From a virus (lineage: Duplodnaviria; Caudoviricetes), in the IMG/VR virus record IMGVR_UViG_3300025383_000034, positions 1-50,109 of that record: 50,109 nt of DNA. One strand, written 5' to 3'. Positions within the stretch are counted from its first letter, which is position 1, and each line of letters begins with the position of its first letter. The position numbers and the translations under genes were made by a program. The notes beneath the pieces were generated by a model. It was not told the origin of the DNA and did no database searches. It was given only the letters and a program-made list of their open reading frames with translations. Of the stretch, positions 20,486 through 28,627 are shown piece by piece.

Positions 20486-22261
20486 TTAGGCTGGTGAGCG
20501 TCTGGATAATGACGCAGCAAGCTGCGGCGATCCAGAAGATGATAGGCCAGCGAGTAGAGATTGCAAAGCAGAGCCACCTTGGCCTTGTTGTGGGGCAGGC
20601 ATACCCATTGGTGGTTGCCCAGGTTGCTGTCCTGGTGCTGGCTGAGCTTGCTCTTCTCCTGGCTGTGGTGCAGGTGCAGGTTCTGGAGCAAATGCTTTAG
20701 TGATAATTTCTTCAATAGGGTTGCCGTTCTGGCGGCCCTGAATAACTTTTGCTATTGCTGTAATGACCTTGGATGGGTCACCACCCTGCATGGCAATTTG
20801 TGGAAGCGCATTAGCATAAGAAGCAACGGCAGCCATCAGGCTGTCGCGTAATTCCTCTACTTCAACGCGCTCTTCTTCTTGGGTGACGTTCATTTCCCAC
20901 GGCATTTGACGACGCAAAAAGTCGCGTGAGATAAGCTTATCGCCACGGGCTTGCAAGCCGAACACCAATGCACGGTTTGGATCAAGACCAGCCATCAAAC
21001 CGTAGGTCACATCGCAGGAGTAATCTCCCTTAATATCTTCCTTTGGAGTGTAGGTAATGGCATAAGGAGCGCCAGCGTTAATGCCGCGTACTTCCTTAGT
21101 AGCATCACCAAAGAGCTTCTCGTCCATCATAAAGCAAAGACGGATAACTTCCTTAAATGTCTCAGCAAAGACAGCTTGCGCAGTCTTGACCTGAGTATCA
21201 AAGCCACCCATGAGTGCCTGTACGCCACGACCAGTGACGATAGAACCTGACTGCTGACCAAGGCGGCCTTCTGGATAACGTGAACCAGTGCGCATTTCTT
21301 GGTCAAGAATTTCATTCTCTTGGAAAATGCCAGGTGGGATGTTTAGATCCACACGACGAATCTGCTGTGGGTTGGCAGAGCGAATAGTCGCATCTGGGCC
21401 AATCTCCAGAACGTTAACATCTGATGGCAAAGCAAATGGTGCCTGTACTGCCTTCTGCGCTGCTTCTAGCGAGAGTGACGCGAAGCGGGCACGGGCAACC
21501 TGTACCCACATAATGTCATCGAACTGTCCACGCTGATGCTCGTCTGAGTCAACACCTGGACGGAGCGCGATAGCGACAGGAATTTCACCAAGGTCATTAG
21601 CAACCTTTGAAAGAACAAAGTTGTTACGCTCTGGCAAGAACAGGACGAGCTGTTCCTTATCTTGGTAGCGATACATCTCCAGCATGCGCTCAGAGTTGCG
21701 GTTCTCGTACTGACCACGGATGATATTCTCATGTTCAGGAAAGTCGTTAATCAATTCACGGACTGTCTTGATGTAGCGCTTGCTGTAGGAGATGAGCTTA
21801 CCAAAGCGGTCAAACTCTGGGTATGCTCCAATAGGCGAGTCAATGCGAATCATTGGTCGCTTGTTCTCGTAGTCAGCTTCAATCAAAAATGGAAGAAAAC
21901 CAAAAGTCAAGTAACGGTCAGCACCTGAGTACATCAAGGTCTGAAGGTTGCATGTGTCGCGGTAGCCAGCGGCAATCATGGTGCGCTTGTCGGCACGACG
22001 GCGGGCTGCATCCGAGACGGTATTAGTCGTCATGCAGTTGAAGGCAGGAAGAGGCGCAATAACTTCAGCAACGTCGCGAGCTGCAACGTCAATGAAGTTA
22101 GCAATCATTGGCTTTGGATAGTCCTCAGAGAACATGCCAGGGAATACCTGGTCAAGCTTGCCCTGACGGATAGCCAGCAGATCATCATAGCGAGTATCGC
22201 GAGCGTAGTAATGCGCACGAAGCTTTTTGAGCTTGTCCGAGATTACGTCAATCTCTAGCAC
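20486..22261 (-). CDS. Portal protein
   Basis: 591 aa directly after terminase; helical; Pro/Gln-rich tail. Confidence 0.85.
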   Translation of the reverse strand: MLEIDVISDKLKKLRAHYYARDTRYDDLLAIRQGKLDQVFPGMFSEDYPKPMIANFIDVAARDVAEVIAPLPAFNCMTTNTVSDAARRRADKRTMIAAGYRDTCNLQTLMYSGADRYLTFGFLPFLIEADYENKRPMIRIDSPIGAYPEFDRFGKLISYSKRYIKTVRELINDFPEHENIIRGQYENRNSERMLEMYRYQDKEQLVLFLPERNNFVLSKVANDLGEIPVAIALRPGVDSDEHQRGQFDDIMWVQVARARFASLSLEAAQKAVQAPFALPSDVNVLEIGPDATIRSANPQQIRRVDLNIPPGIFQENEILDQEMRTGSRYPEGRLGQQSGSIVTGRGVQALMGGFDTQVKTAQAVFAETFKEVIRLCFMMDEKLFGDATKEVRGINAGAPYAITYTPKEDIKGDYSCDVTYGLMAGLDPNRALVFGLQARGDKLISRDFLRRQMPWEMNVTQEEERVEVEELRDSLMAAVASYANALPQIAMQGGDPSKVITAIAKVIQGRQNGNPIEEIITKAFAPEPAPAPQPGEEQAQPAPGQQPGQPPMGMPAPQQGQGGSALQSLLAGLSSSGSPQLAASLSRRSPA

Positions 22262-24162
22262 TATAAGTACCCCCCGTTAGCCGCTTGCTGTTCTTGTCGT
22301 CGTTGATATTCTTCTAGGTTAATCACCTTGCGATTTTCATTCTGCCATCTGGTAGCAAAAGGATTTTTCACAAAGGAGTGGCCGTAAGCACCCGCCTGGT
22401 TGATGTAGTCACGCATCTGCGTTTCCGCGAACCAGAGGGCCATGCAGCCGTCTTGCTTATTTTTAGTGCCAGGTGCCCACGTGATGAGCTGCTCTATGAG
22501 CGACTTAATGCCTTCATTGTCGGACCGTGGCAAATCTATAAGGTTGTTCTTTATGTGCGCACCAAGCTTGTCCATGGTGCCGAACAGTGGTGCCATTGAG
22601 GCAACACCAAACTCAGCGTCCATCTTGTTCGCACCTGTATAGTGCTGAACGAGGCGTATTCCGCGTGAAGCAAGGAAGCGGTTAATCTCTTCGTCCATGG
22701 TGAGGAACAACTGAAATGCGTTCTTCTCAATCACCCAGACCGATGGACGATACTTGTCCGTCCATTCAAAGATCAACTCGCGAATACGCTGGGGCGTAGG
22801 AGCTGGCATGCGTGATGCTTCTAGGATGTACCGCTTGCCTGTCGTCTTGTCGCCTGAGTAGGCGATGGAGAATGTATCTCCCGACATAGCTGGGTCCATA
22901 GAGCAGATGGTGTAGCTGCTGCCTAAATGTTGCGGGTGACCAGGCGCACCTGGTAGCAAAGGCCCAATGGCTCGCATGCCCGATACGGAACCGCGAACAC
23001 ACTCAGCCGAAAAGACTGCTTCGCTTTCCACGTCTTGCTGCTGGTAGACCATGGCCCATGTCTTTGGGTCAAGAACACCGCGACGCTTGCGTAGGTTATG
23101 TCCATCCCAGCGCGGATACAAACCGTCTGGCCCGATATTCGCATCGTCGCCTAACCACGGCTTGTCGCTTCGTGGCCATAGGGTAACCCAATCCTTTGGG
23201 TCATCGGCAAATTCAAGAACCGCTGGCATAGCCAAGTATGTCCATGGCGATGTGCCATCTGGATAACGGTCAGGGTTACGCATCTCGCGATATAGGTCAA
23301 TCGGATCGACGCGAGTACCCACGACAAGAATCTTGCCTGTGGGACCGACACGGGTTAAAACTTCCTGTTGTATCCAGCGAATCTGCTTTTCGTATTCGTT
23401 GGCGTTAGCCAAGGTCACGCAGTCGTCCAGAACAATCAAGTCAGCACGCGCACCGTAAATCTGTCCGCCGATGCCCAGCGCTTGTAGCGTAGGGTCTTTT
23501 TCACCCGAGTCGCGCTCTAGGTAAATCGCATCCTGCGTCCACTTATCTGCCGCTTCTTTGTAACCATCGGCAGGAGCATAACGACGCTGCAACTCAGCGT
23601 AGGCTGGTTGAGTCAGGCGCTGCTTGACAGCGTAGAGAAAGTCCTTAGCCATTGTCAAGGTCTTGGAAACAATCTTGATACGGATGTTCGGATCTATACA
23701 GATACGGTAGGTGATGTAGTCGATAGAGACAGTCATCGACTTGGCATGCTCAGGGGGCATGTTCACCAGGACGTAGTTGGGAAAGCCCTCTTCATAGGTC
23801 ATGCTGGGGTGAACCCACGCAGGCTTGCCTTCTTCCAACATTGAGATAATGTTGCGCTGGTGGTCAAAGGTCTTGGAGTTGAGGTACTTGGCCCGAAAGT
23901 CCTCAAAGCTGATGGACGCGTCTTCGTCGCTAATCACGCCGTCTCGGCGCTGGACGGCGCGAGCTAGGTCAACCGCCTCTTTGAATTGCGCGTCTGAGGC
24001 GCGGTAGTACTCATAGGACTTGATGGACTTACCTGTAGCCTTAACAGCATCTGCGATGCTGTAGCCCTTGGTAATCATCTCAACGATGACCTGCTTGGCC
24101 TGGCTGGCCGAGATAGTTGAGTCTGGCGCGATCTTGTACTTATTCGCCGATGGCTTAGCCAT
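22261..24162 (-). CDS. terL: Terminase large subunit with N-terminal HTH-like extension
   Basis: Walker A variant MPPEHAKS, GARADLIVLDD Walker B, VGTR coupling motif, nuclease DPA...D and terminal QDGCMA. Confidence 0.93.
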   Translation of the reverse strand: MAKPSANKYKIAPDSTISASQAKQVIVEMITKGYSIADAVKATGKSIKSYEYYRASDAQFKEAVDLARAVQRRDGVISDEDASISFEDFRAKYLNSKTFDHQRNIISMLEEGKPAWVHPSMTYEEGFPNYVLVNMPPEHAKSMTVSIDYITYRICIDPNIRIKIVSKTLTMAKDFLYAVKQRLTQPAYAELQRRYAPADGYKEAADKWTQDAIYLERDSGEKDPTLQALGIGGQIYGARADLIVLDDCVTLANANEYEKQIRWIQQEVLTRVGPTGKILVVGTRVDPIDLYREMRNPDRYPDGTSPWTYLAMPAVLEFADDPKDWVTLWPRSDKPWLGDDANIGPDGLYPRWDGHNLRKRRGVLDPKTWAMVYQQQDVESEAVFSAECVRGSVSGMRAIGPLLPGAPGHPQHLGSSYTICSMDPAMSGDTFSIAYSGDKTTGKRYILEASRMPAPTPQRIRELIFEWTDKYRPSVWVIEKNAFQLFLTMDEEINRFLASRGIRLVQHYTGANKMDAEFGVASMAPLFGTMDKLGAHIKNNLIDLPRSDNEGIKSLIEQLITWAPGTKNKQDGCMALWFAETQMRDYINQAGAYGHSFVKNPFATRWQNENRKVINLEEYQRRQEQQAANGGYL

Positions 24163-24205
24163 ACATCTCACCTACCCTAAATATCCCGCCGCGACTAGCG
24201 CGCGG

Positions 24206-24379
24206 CCTATGGGTCATCAACCTACGGTTGGTAACCTGACGGGGCGGCTATGCCGACCCTATGGTAATCCCTATGGAAATAACTTAGGGGGCTGGGCGCA
24301 GCCCTGCCTGTGGAAAACGATATACCTATGGTCATATATATGATCTATACATACCCAAGCTCCGCTTGGTTACCATAGG
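24206..24379. repeat. Array of CCTATGG heptamers
   Basis: Exact at 24206, 24258, 24270 and 24325; inverted at 24373; one-mismatch copies at 24221 and 24307. Confidence 0.75.
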
Positions 24380-24490
24380 TTTATTTAAGGGGGCGTAGCC
24401 CCCGTTTTAGCTGTCGGGTTTTTTCCATGCTTACAAAACCCTCTATATATATTAAGGGTCAAAAAACTTGTTTTGTCCCGCTTTTATTTC

Positions 24491-24506
24491 TGTGAATTAC
24501 ATCACA
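24491..24506. promoter_or_regulatory. CRP/GlxR-type binding site
   Basis: TGTGA-ATTACA-TCACA, a perfect TGTGA-N6-TCACA match in intergenic DNA. Confidence 0.65.
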
Positions 24507-24944
24507 ATATCTAAAGTCAGTATTTTATACTACTTTCAGAAAAAAGATTTTTGTCACATTGGCCCGCAGATCCTATATTTAGAAAAAATTGTTTGGTTGA
24601 TAGTAATACATAGTCACACTCACTGTTAAAATCCCCCGAGTCGATAGTTAGACTTTGCGGGCGTTTTTGTCTACATTTACACCGTAAGTTTAGACTTAGA
24701 CCGAGGATTGAGGCGCTCGGATTGTGCGCGATTGGTGGCTTATCTTGTGTATATAAAGGCTATTGGCTGGCGATTGGTAGTTGATTGGGGGCGCTTCGGG
24801 GCTGGTGGGATGACTGTCCCTACACAACCTGCACACAACCCACGGGATAATCAGACACAAGATAGCCCCCGACAACCCCCGAGGATCTGGCAAAATGGGA
24901 GAGTTTCGTTACCAAATTGTTATCAAAATATGCGTGAAGGTGGC

Positions 24945-24973
24945 TTGACACGCCTACACGGTAGGCGCATAAT
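24945..24973 (+). promoter_or_regulatory. Early sigma-A promoter with palindromic spacer
   Basis: TTGACA-17 nt-CATAAT; the spacer is CGCCTAC-ACG-GTAGGCG. Confidence 0.8.
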
Positions 24974-25016
24974 TCGGCTATCGGCACAAGCCGACAGACT
25001 AGAAGGAGACTATAAA

Positions 25017-25196
25017 GTGGTGAAAAATCCCGTTAAATTGGATATGAGCAAGATTAGCTCAATAAGCACAAGCTATAGCGGAAAGATCCGCCTATGCACC
25101 ATTCAGTTTAAGAATGGCACACGCCTACACGGCGATTACGATACATTCCACGCTATCAACCGTGGCGAGCTTGTCTATCGTGGAGAGGTAGCTTAA
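25017..25196 (+). CDS. First early protein (59 aa)
   Basis: AAGGAG RBS, GTG start. Confidence 0.7.
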   Translation: MVKNPVKLDMSKISSISTSYSGKIRLCTIQFKNGTRLHGDYDTFHAINRGELVYRGEVA

Positions 25197-25198
25197 TC

Positions 25199-25363
25199 GT
25201 GGTGTATATCGTCGAAATTCGCGGACGGGGCGTTATGCCATATGAGTTTAACTCTAAGCAAGAGGCGGAAGATTACGCCGTCACCATGACCGTCTGGCAA
25301 GGCGGACAGTATCGAATCTCCCGCGTACGTCGCGGATCGTTAAAGGCTAAGGTGAGCGCATGA
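25199..25363 (+). CDS. Small early protein (54 aa)
   Basis: GAGG RBS; ATGA-coupled to the next ORF. Confidence 0.6.
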   Translation: MVYIVEIRGRGVMPYEFNSKQEAEDYAVTMTVWQGGQYRISRVRRGSLKAKVSA

Positions 25364-25479
25364 AGCGACAACACCCACCCGTCTATTATCATGTCCGCCT
25401 AGTGGTTCGGATAGCCTTCTACCTATCCCCCGCTATCGCGATTACTGTACTCATGCACGGCAAGGCATTTTTAGGCTAA
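25360..25479 (+). CDS. Small early membrane peptide (39 aa)
   Basis: MKRQHPPVYYHVRLVVRIAFYLSPAIAITVLMHGKAFLG. Confidence 0.55.
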   Translation: MKRQHPPVYYHVRLVVRIAFYLSPAIAITVLMHGKAFLG

Positions 25480-25562
25480 TGCTGACGTACTTTCCACGGT
25501 TCGCGCCGTGGAAGGTGCGAGAGTCTTAGATCAAGCACTCTCACGACTAGAAAGAGGAAAAA

Positions 25563-26015
25563 ATGCAAGGTAAAGAGATTAAGAAAGTACTAGACACTAT
25601 TACAGAAGAAAATCTCACTAACGGTTCACTCGGTGAGCTATGGGATGAAATGCCCGACCACGTAGCGGGCAAGGATTGGGTGGGCGAGATTGCCGACATG
25701 GCATGGCGCGCTAAAGATTGGCTAAATGATGAGGACGACTACACCGAGGACACGGTCACCGATCCTTCTATTCATCTCGCCGACAGCGAGGTTGAAGACT
25801 ACTACAGCACCATAAATAAGCGCGTGCAGGCGCTCGCGCTATGGGCACGTCCTGAATTAGATGATGAGGTGCAAGAATTTTTCGGTGGCGAGGTTAATCC
25901 GACCTTGACCGATCTTAACTCTCACTATTTATTCGTAGCTATGCAAGGTCTAGCCTATCGAATTTTAGCCTATGCCTACAGCAAGGCTAGCGAGCTGGAA
26001 GGGGCGGAAGCATGA
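25563..26015 (+). CDS. Acidic early protein, Ocr-like DNA-mimic candidate
   Basis: 33 D/E versus 11 K/R; IHLADSEVEDYY resembles Ocr [13 protein letters not shown]. Confidence 0.55.
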   Translation: MQGKEIKKVLDTITEENLTNGSLGELWDEMPDHVAGKDWVGEIADMAWRAKDWLNDEDDYTEDTVTDPSIHLADSEVEDYYSTINKRVQALALWARPELDDEVQEFFGGEVNPTLTDLNSHYLFVAMQGLAYRILAYAYSKASELEGAEA

Positions 26016-26224
26016 GCGAACACACACACGCACCCTACGGCGGGGTAGAAACTTACCCTCACGCGAAAATAGGCAAGTGCCTATGCGGGGTTGATTTAGT
26101 CTCCTACCTTGCCCCCGTAGGCGCTAAATATAATTGGGAAGATTGGGACGTTACCGCACTCGATGACCCGTGCCTATCGTGCGGGGGATACAATACGCCG
26201 TCATGTTGCGAGGCTGAAGAGTGA
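26012..26224 (+). CDS. Small Cys-rich protein
   Basis: ATGA-coupled; CLCG and CLSCG motifs. Confidence 0.65.
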   Translation: MSEHTHAPYGGVETYPHAKIGKCLCGVDLVSYLAPVGAKYNWEDWDVTALDDPCLSCGGYNTPSCCEAEE

Positions 26225-26520
26225 ACGCGCTCTATATATGCGCCGAATGTGATTGGTCAGATTCGGATCGCGACTACTTTACAGAAGATGACGGGGATAT
26301 TTATTGTTCTCTTCACGCCGTCGCGAACTTGTGCGGGGCGTGCGGACAGTACGATCGATCCACTAGCCACGCCTGCGACCTTGCGCCGTTTATCTCCTAT
26401 GAAATGGTGTGCCCCGATTGCGACTCACTCGCGACCCATATCACCACGCGAGCGCCGATTATCGCCTGCTCATGCGGGGGACAATTTACCCTTATCTCAC
26501 GAAAAGAGGCTGAACTATGA
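26221..26520 (+). CDS. Multi-zinc-ribbon protein
   Basis: CAEC, CSLH, CGAC, CPDC and CSCG motifs. Confidence 0.65.
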   Translation: MNALYICAECDWSDSDRDYFTEDDGDIYCSLHAVANLCGACGQYDRSTSHACDLAPFISYEMVCPDCDSLATHITTRAPIIACSCGGQFTLISRKEAEL

Positions 26521-26711
26521 CCGAGTACGAATATGAAGTGAAATTTTATGGTAGCCAGTGGGTTATTAATATCTTGTGCTACCACGAACACGACAACGAG
26601 ATAGGAGACGTGCCGATTATCGATTGGGCGCTTACCGTAGCCGATCATAACGGGCTAACTATTCCACTGTATGAGTCTGTCTCGGTGGAGAAGACGGGGG
26701 TGTTATCGTGA
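26517..26711 (+). CDS. Hypothetical protein
   Basis: ATGA-coupled, GAGG RBS. Confidence 0.65.
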   Translation: MTEYEYEVKFYGSQWVINILCYHEHDNEIGDVPIIDWALTVADHNGLTIPLYESVSVEKTGVLS

Positions 26712-26851
26712 CCCTATCCGACCTTATACGCTGGCACAAGAGCGAGGCTAGCCTCTACGACCGCGAGGGTTATTTGGCCGAGCAACACTTCCACGAGAGC
26801 GCCGTGCAGGTACTGACCGCGCTAGCTTATGCCGAGCAGGTGAGCGCATGA
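26708..26851 (+). CDS. Hypothetical protein (47 aa)
   Basis: GTGA-coupled; begins MTLSDLIRWHKSE. Confidence 0.55.
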   Translation: MTLSDLIRWHKSEASLYDREGYLAEQHFHESAVQVLTALAYAEQVSA

Positions 26852-26916
26852 CCGAGCCACTGTGCGGAGACTGTCTGCGACCACTGAAGGATCGGTGCCA
26901 TTGTCAGGACAAGTAA
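26848..26916 (+). CDS. Cys-rich micro-peptide (22 aa)
   Basis: MTEPLCGDCLRPLKDRCHCQDK; AGGTGA RBS; ATGA-coupled. Confidence 0.4.
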   Translation: MTEPLCGDCLRPLKDRCHCQDK

Positions 26917-26924
26917 CCCGCAAT

Positions 26925-26963
26925 AAATAACCCTCGGCGTGCTTGACATGTCGGGGGTTATTT
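26925..26963 (+). terminator. Intrinsic terminator overlapping the next promoter
   Basis: AAATAACCCTCGGCGTG-CTTGA-CATGTCGGGGGTTATTT hairpin. Confidence 0.7.
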
Positions 26964-26971
26964 CATAATCT
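26943..26971 (+). promoter_or_regulatory. Second sigma-A promoter
   Basis: TTGACA-17 nt-TAATCT. Confidence 0.65.
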
Positions 26972-27043
26972 CATCCATGTACGCCGACCGAGGCGTATTG
27001 GCAACGGCATATCGCCGTAGCTCAGCGACAGAAAGGTTATATC

Positions 27044-27250
27044 ATGTCGGATCAATTAATCGAACAAGCCAAAAAGGCGAACGAATACACGCATGCACAC
27101 TCGGAAGGTTTTACTGAAGGTTGGAACCTAGCCATTGCCGAGGTGTTAGGCGTTTTGGCAGACCGCTTGGACATTGTAAATCTATTAGAACGTGATTCAG
27201 CGGAGATTCAGATCATTATCCGCGCCGTAAAGCAAATGAGCGACAAATGA
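27044..27250 (+). CDS. Hypothetical protein
   Basis: GAAAGG RBS; 68 aa. Confidence 0.7.
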   Translation: MSDQLIEQAKKANEYTHAHSEGFTEGWNLAIAEVLGVLADRLDIVNLLERDSAEIQIIIRAVKQMSDK

Positions 27251-27333
27251 TTGTCGTTATTCTGGCCTTTGTAGCTACACTCGCAGGCGTTGCCCTGGAG
27301 TTTGCCCTATCGTCGCGGGAGAGCGACGAGTGA
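27247..27333 (+). CDS. Small membrane peptide (28 aa)
   Basis: MIVVILAFVATLAGVALEFALSSRESDE; coupled at both ends. Confidence 0.5.
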   Translation: MIVVILAFVATLAGVALEFALSSRESDE

Positions 27334-27749
27334 TATTTAACTACGACCTACCCGCAGCATGTCGGGATATGGACGGCGATATATGGTTCCCAGAGGCTAT
27401 CCGCGTGAACGTGGGAGAAAAGCCAAAGCCAAAGTCGCAGGACATTATTGACACAACTATCCTGGCATTAGCTATCTGTAACACGTGCCCTATCCAACAG
27501 ACCTGCCTTCAGGCAGCCATAGATAACCGCGATGAGCATGGCATATGGGGCGGAACTTTCCCCTATGAACGCCACACCGTAGCGCCATATGAAAAGACCA
27601 TGGATCTTGGTTTTATCTGGCAATCAAAGCTACGCAAATTCGCAGAACAGAAAGGCTTAGTATGTCCACCACTCCCCGCACCAACGCCAGGGTATGCACC
27701 CGCAGAAAGTTTCTCTGCATTTCTCCCCTTATTGTCCTTGTCGTTATGA
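27330..27749 (+). CDS. whiB: WhiB-family transcription factor 1
   Basis: C...WFP...CNTCPIQQTC and GIWGG motifs. Confidence 0.9.
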   Translation: MIFNYDLPAACRDMDGDIWFPEAIRVNVGEKPKPKSQDIIDTTILALAICNTCPIQQTCLQAAIDNRDEHGIWGGTFPYERHTVAPYEKTMDLGFIWQSKLRKFAEQKGLVCPPLPAPTPGYAPAESFSAFLPLLSLSL

Positions 27750-28102
27750 GCTGGATTAGTTTTTCCGTCAAGCCCGTGGCAGAGCGTATAGCAAGCCCTA
27801 AGAGCTACGCTAAGACCCTTTACAAGCGACAGGGTGGAACCGCTAAGCAGTGGGCCTGCCTAAATCGTCTATGGACCATGGAAAGTAATTGGCGCGTGAA
27901 CGCTGTCGGTGACAAGACAACCCAGGGCAGAGCTATCGGCATTGCGCAAGCGCTACCAGCAGAGAAGATGGCGCAGATGGGCAGCGATTACAAGGTGAAC
28001 TACCAGACCCAGATTCGTTGGGGCTTGTTGTATATCAAGCTGCACTGGAATAACGATTCATGTCTCGCGCTACGCCATGAGATACGCAAGGGGTGGTACT
28101 GA
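27662..28102 (+). CDS. Lytic transglycosylase (lysozyme-like fold)
   Basis: ESNW, AIGIAQAL and QIRWGLLYIK motifs; N-terminal hydrophobic segment. Confidence 0.8.
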   Translation: MSTTPRTNARVCTRRKFLCISPLIVLVVMSWISFSVKPVAERIASPKSYAKTLYKRQGGTAKQWACLNRLWTMESNWRVNAVGDKTTQGRAIGIAQALPAEKMAQMGSDYKVNYQTQIRWGLLYIKLHWNNDSCLALRHEIRKGWY

Positions 28103-28368
28103 TGGATGAGCTATATTATCCTGCCATCGACCCAGCGGATGAGCTATGGAAAGACCAAGCTAATTGCGTTGGCATAGATACTGACCTATTCTTTACCAGC
28201 GGCGAAGGCCAAGGCGACGATCGGGACACTAAGAACCTGACTCGTATCTGCGCTGCTTGCCCCGTGAAGATAGAGTGTCTGGACTATGCTGTAAAGTATA
28301 GCCAGCTTGGTTGGTGGGGTGGAACTACCGAAGCAGAACGCAAACGTATTCGTAGAAAGGCACGATAA
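28102..28368 (+). CDS. whiB: WhiB-family transcription factor 2
   Basis: W...ANC....DLFF, CAACPVKIEC and GWWGGTTE.ER motifs. Confidence 0.92.
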   Translation: MDELYYPAIDPADELWKDQANCVGIDTDLFFTSGEGQGDDRDTKNLTRICAACPVKIECLDYAVKYSQLGWWGGTTEAERKRIRRKAR

Positions 28369-28508
28369 TGACATACGATTTTATGGCGCAGGAGTGGTAC
28401 GGATCATGCGGTGCGTGTGGCACTGAACTATTCGCACCAACCAAGGGCGCATACCTATTGCAATACTCCATACATACACACTCAAACGACTGTCTAGGGG
28501 GTTGGTAA
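28368..28508 (+). CDS. Small zinc-finger-like protein (46 aa)
   Basis: CGAC...HTH motif; TAATG-coupled. Confidence 0.6.
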   Translation: MTYDFMAQEWYGSCGACGTELFAPTKGAYLLQYSIHTHSNDCLGGW

Positions 28509-28627
28509 TGAAACTTGTTTGTAAATTATTTCCATGTAAAGTCTGGAAAAAAACCATTGAGAACAATGAGTATTTAGTCAGCGAGTGCAGCTATTGCCTC
28601 AACCGATACGCAAAGGGGTTGGCATGA
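28508..28627 (+). CDS. Small Cys-containing protein (39 aa)
   Basis: Coupled at both ends. Confidence 0.55.
   Translation: MKLVCKLFPCKVWKKTIENNEYLVSECSYCLNRYAKGLA

Noticed and set aside
24708-25016. N-terminal extension of the 162 aa plus-strand ORF
   Set aside because: It runs through the promoter region; the RBS supports a start at 25017.
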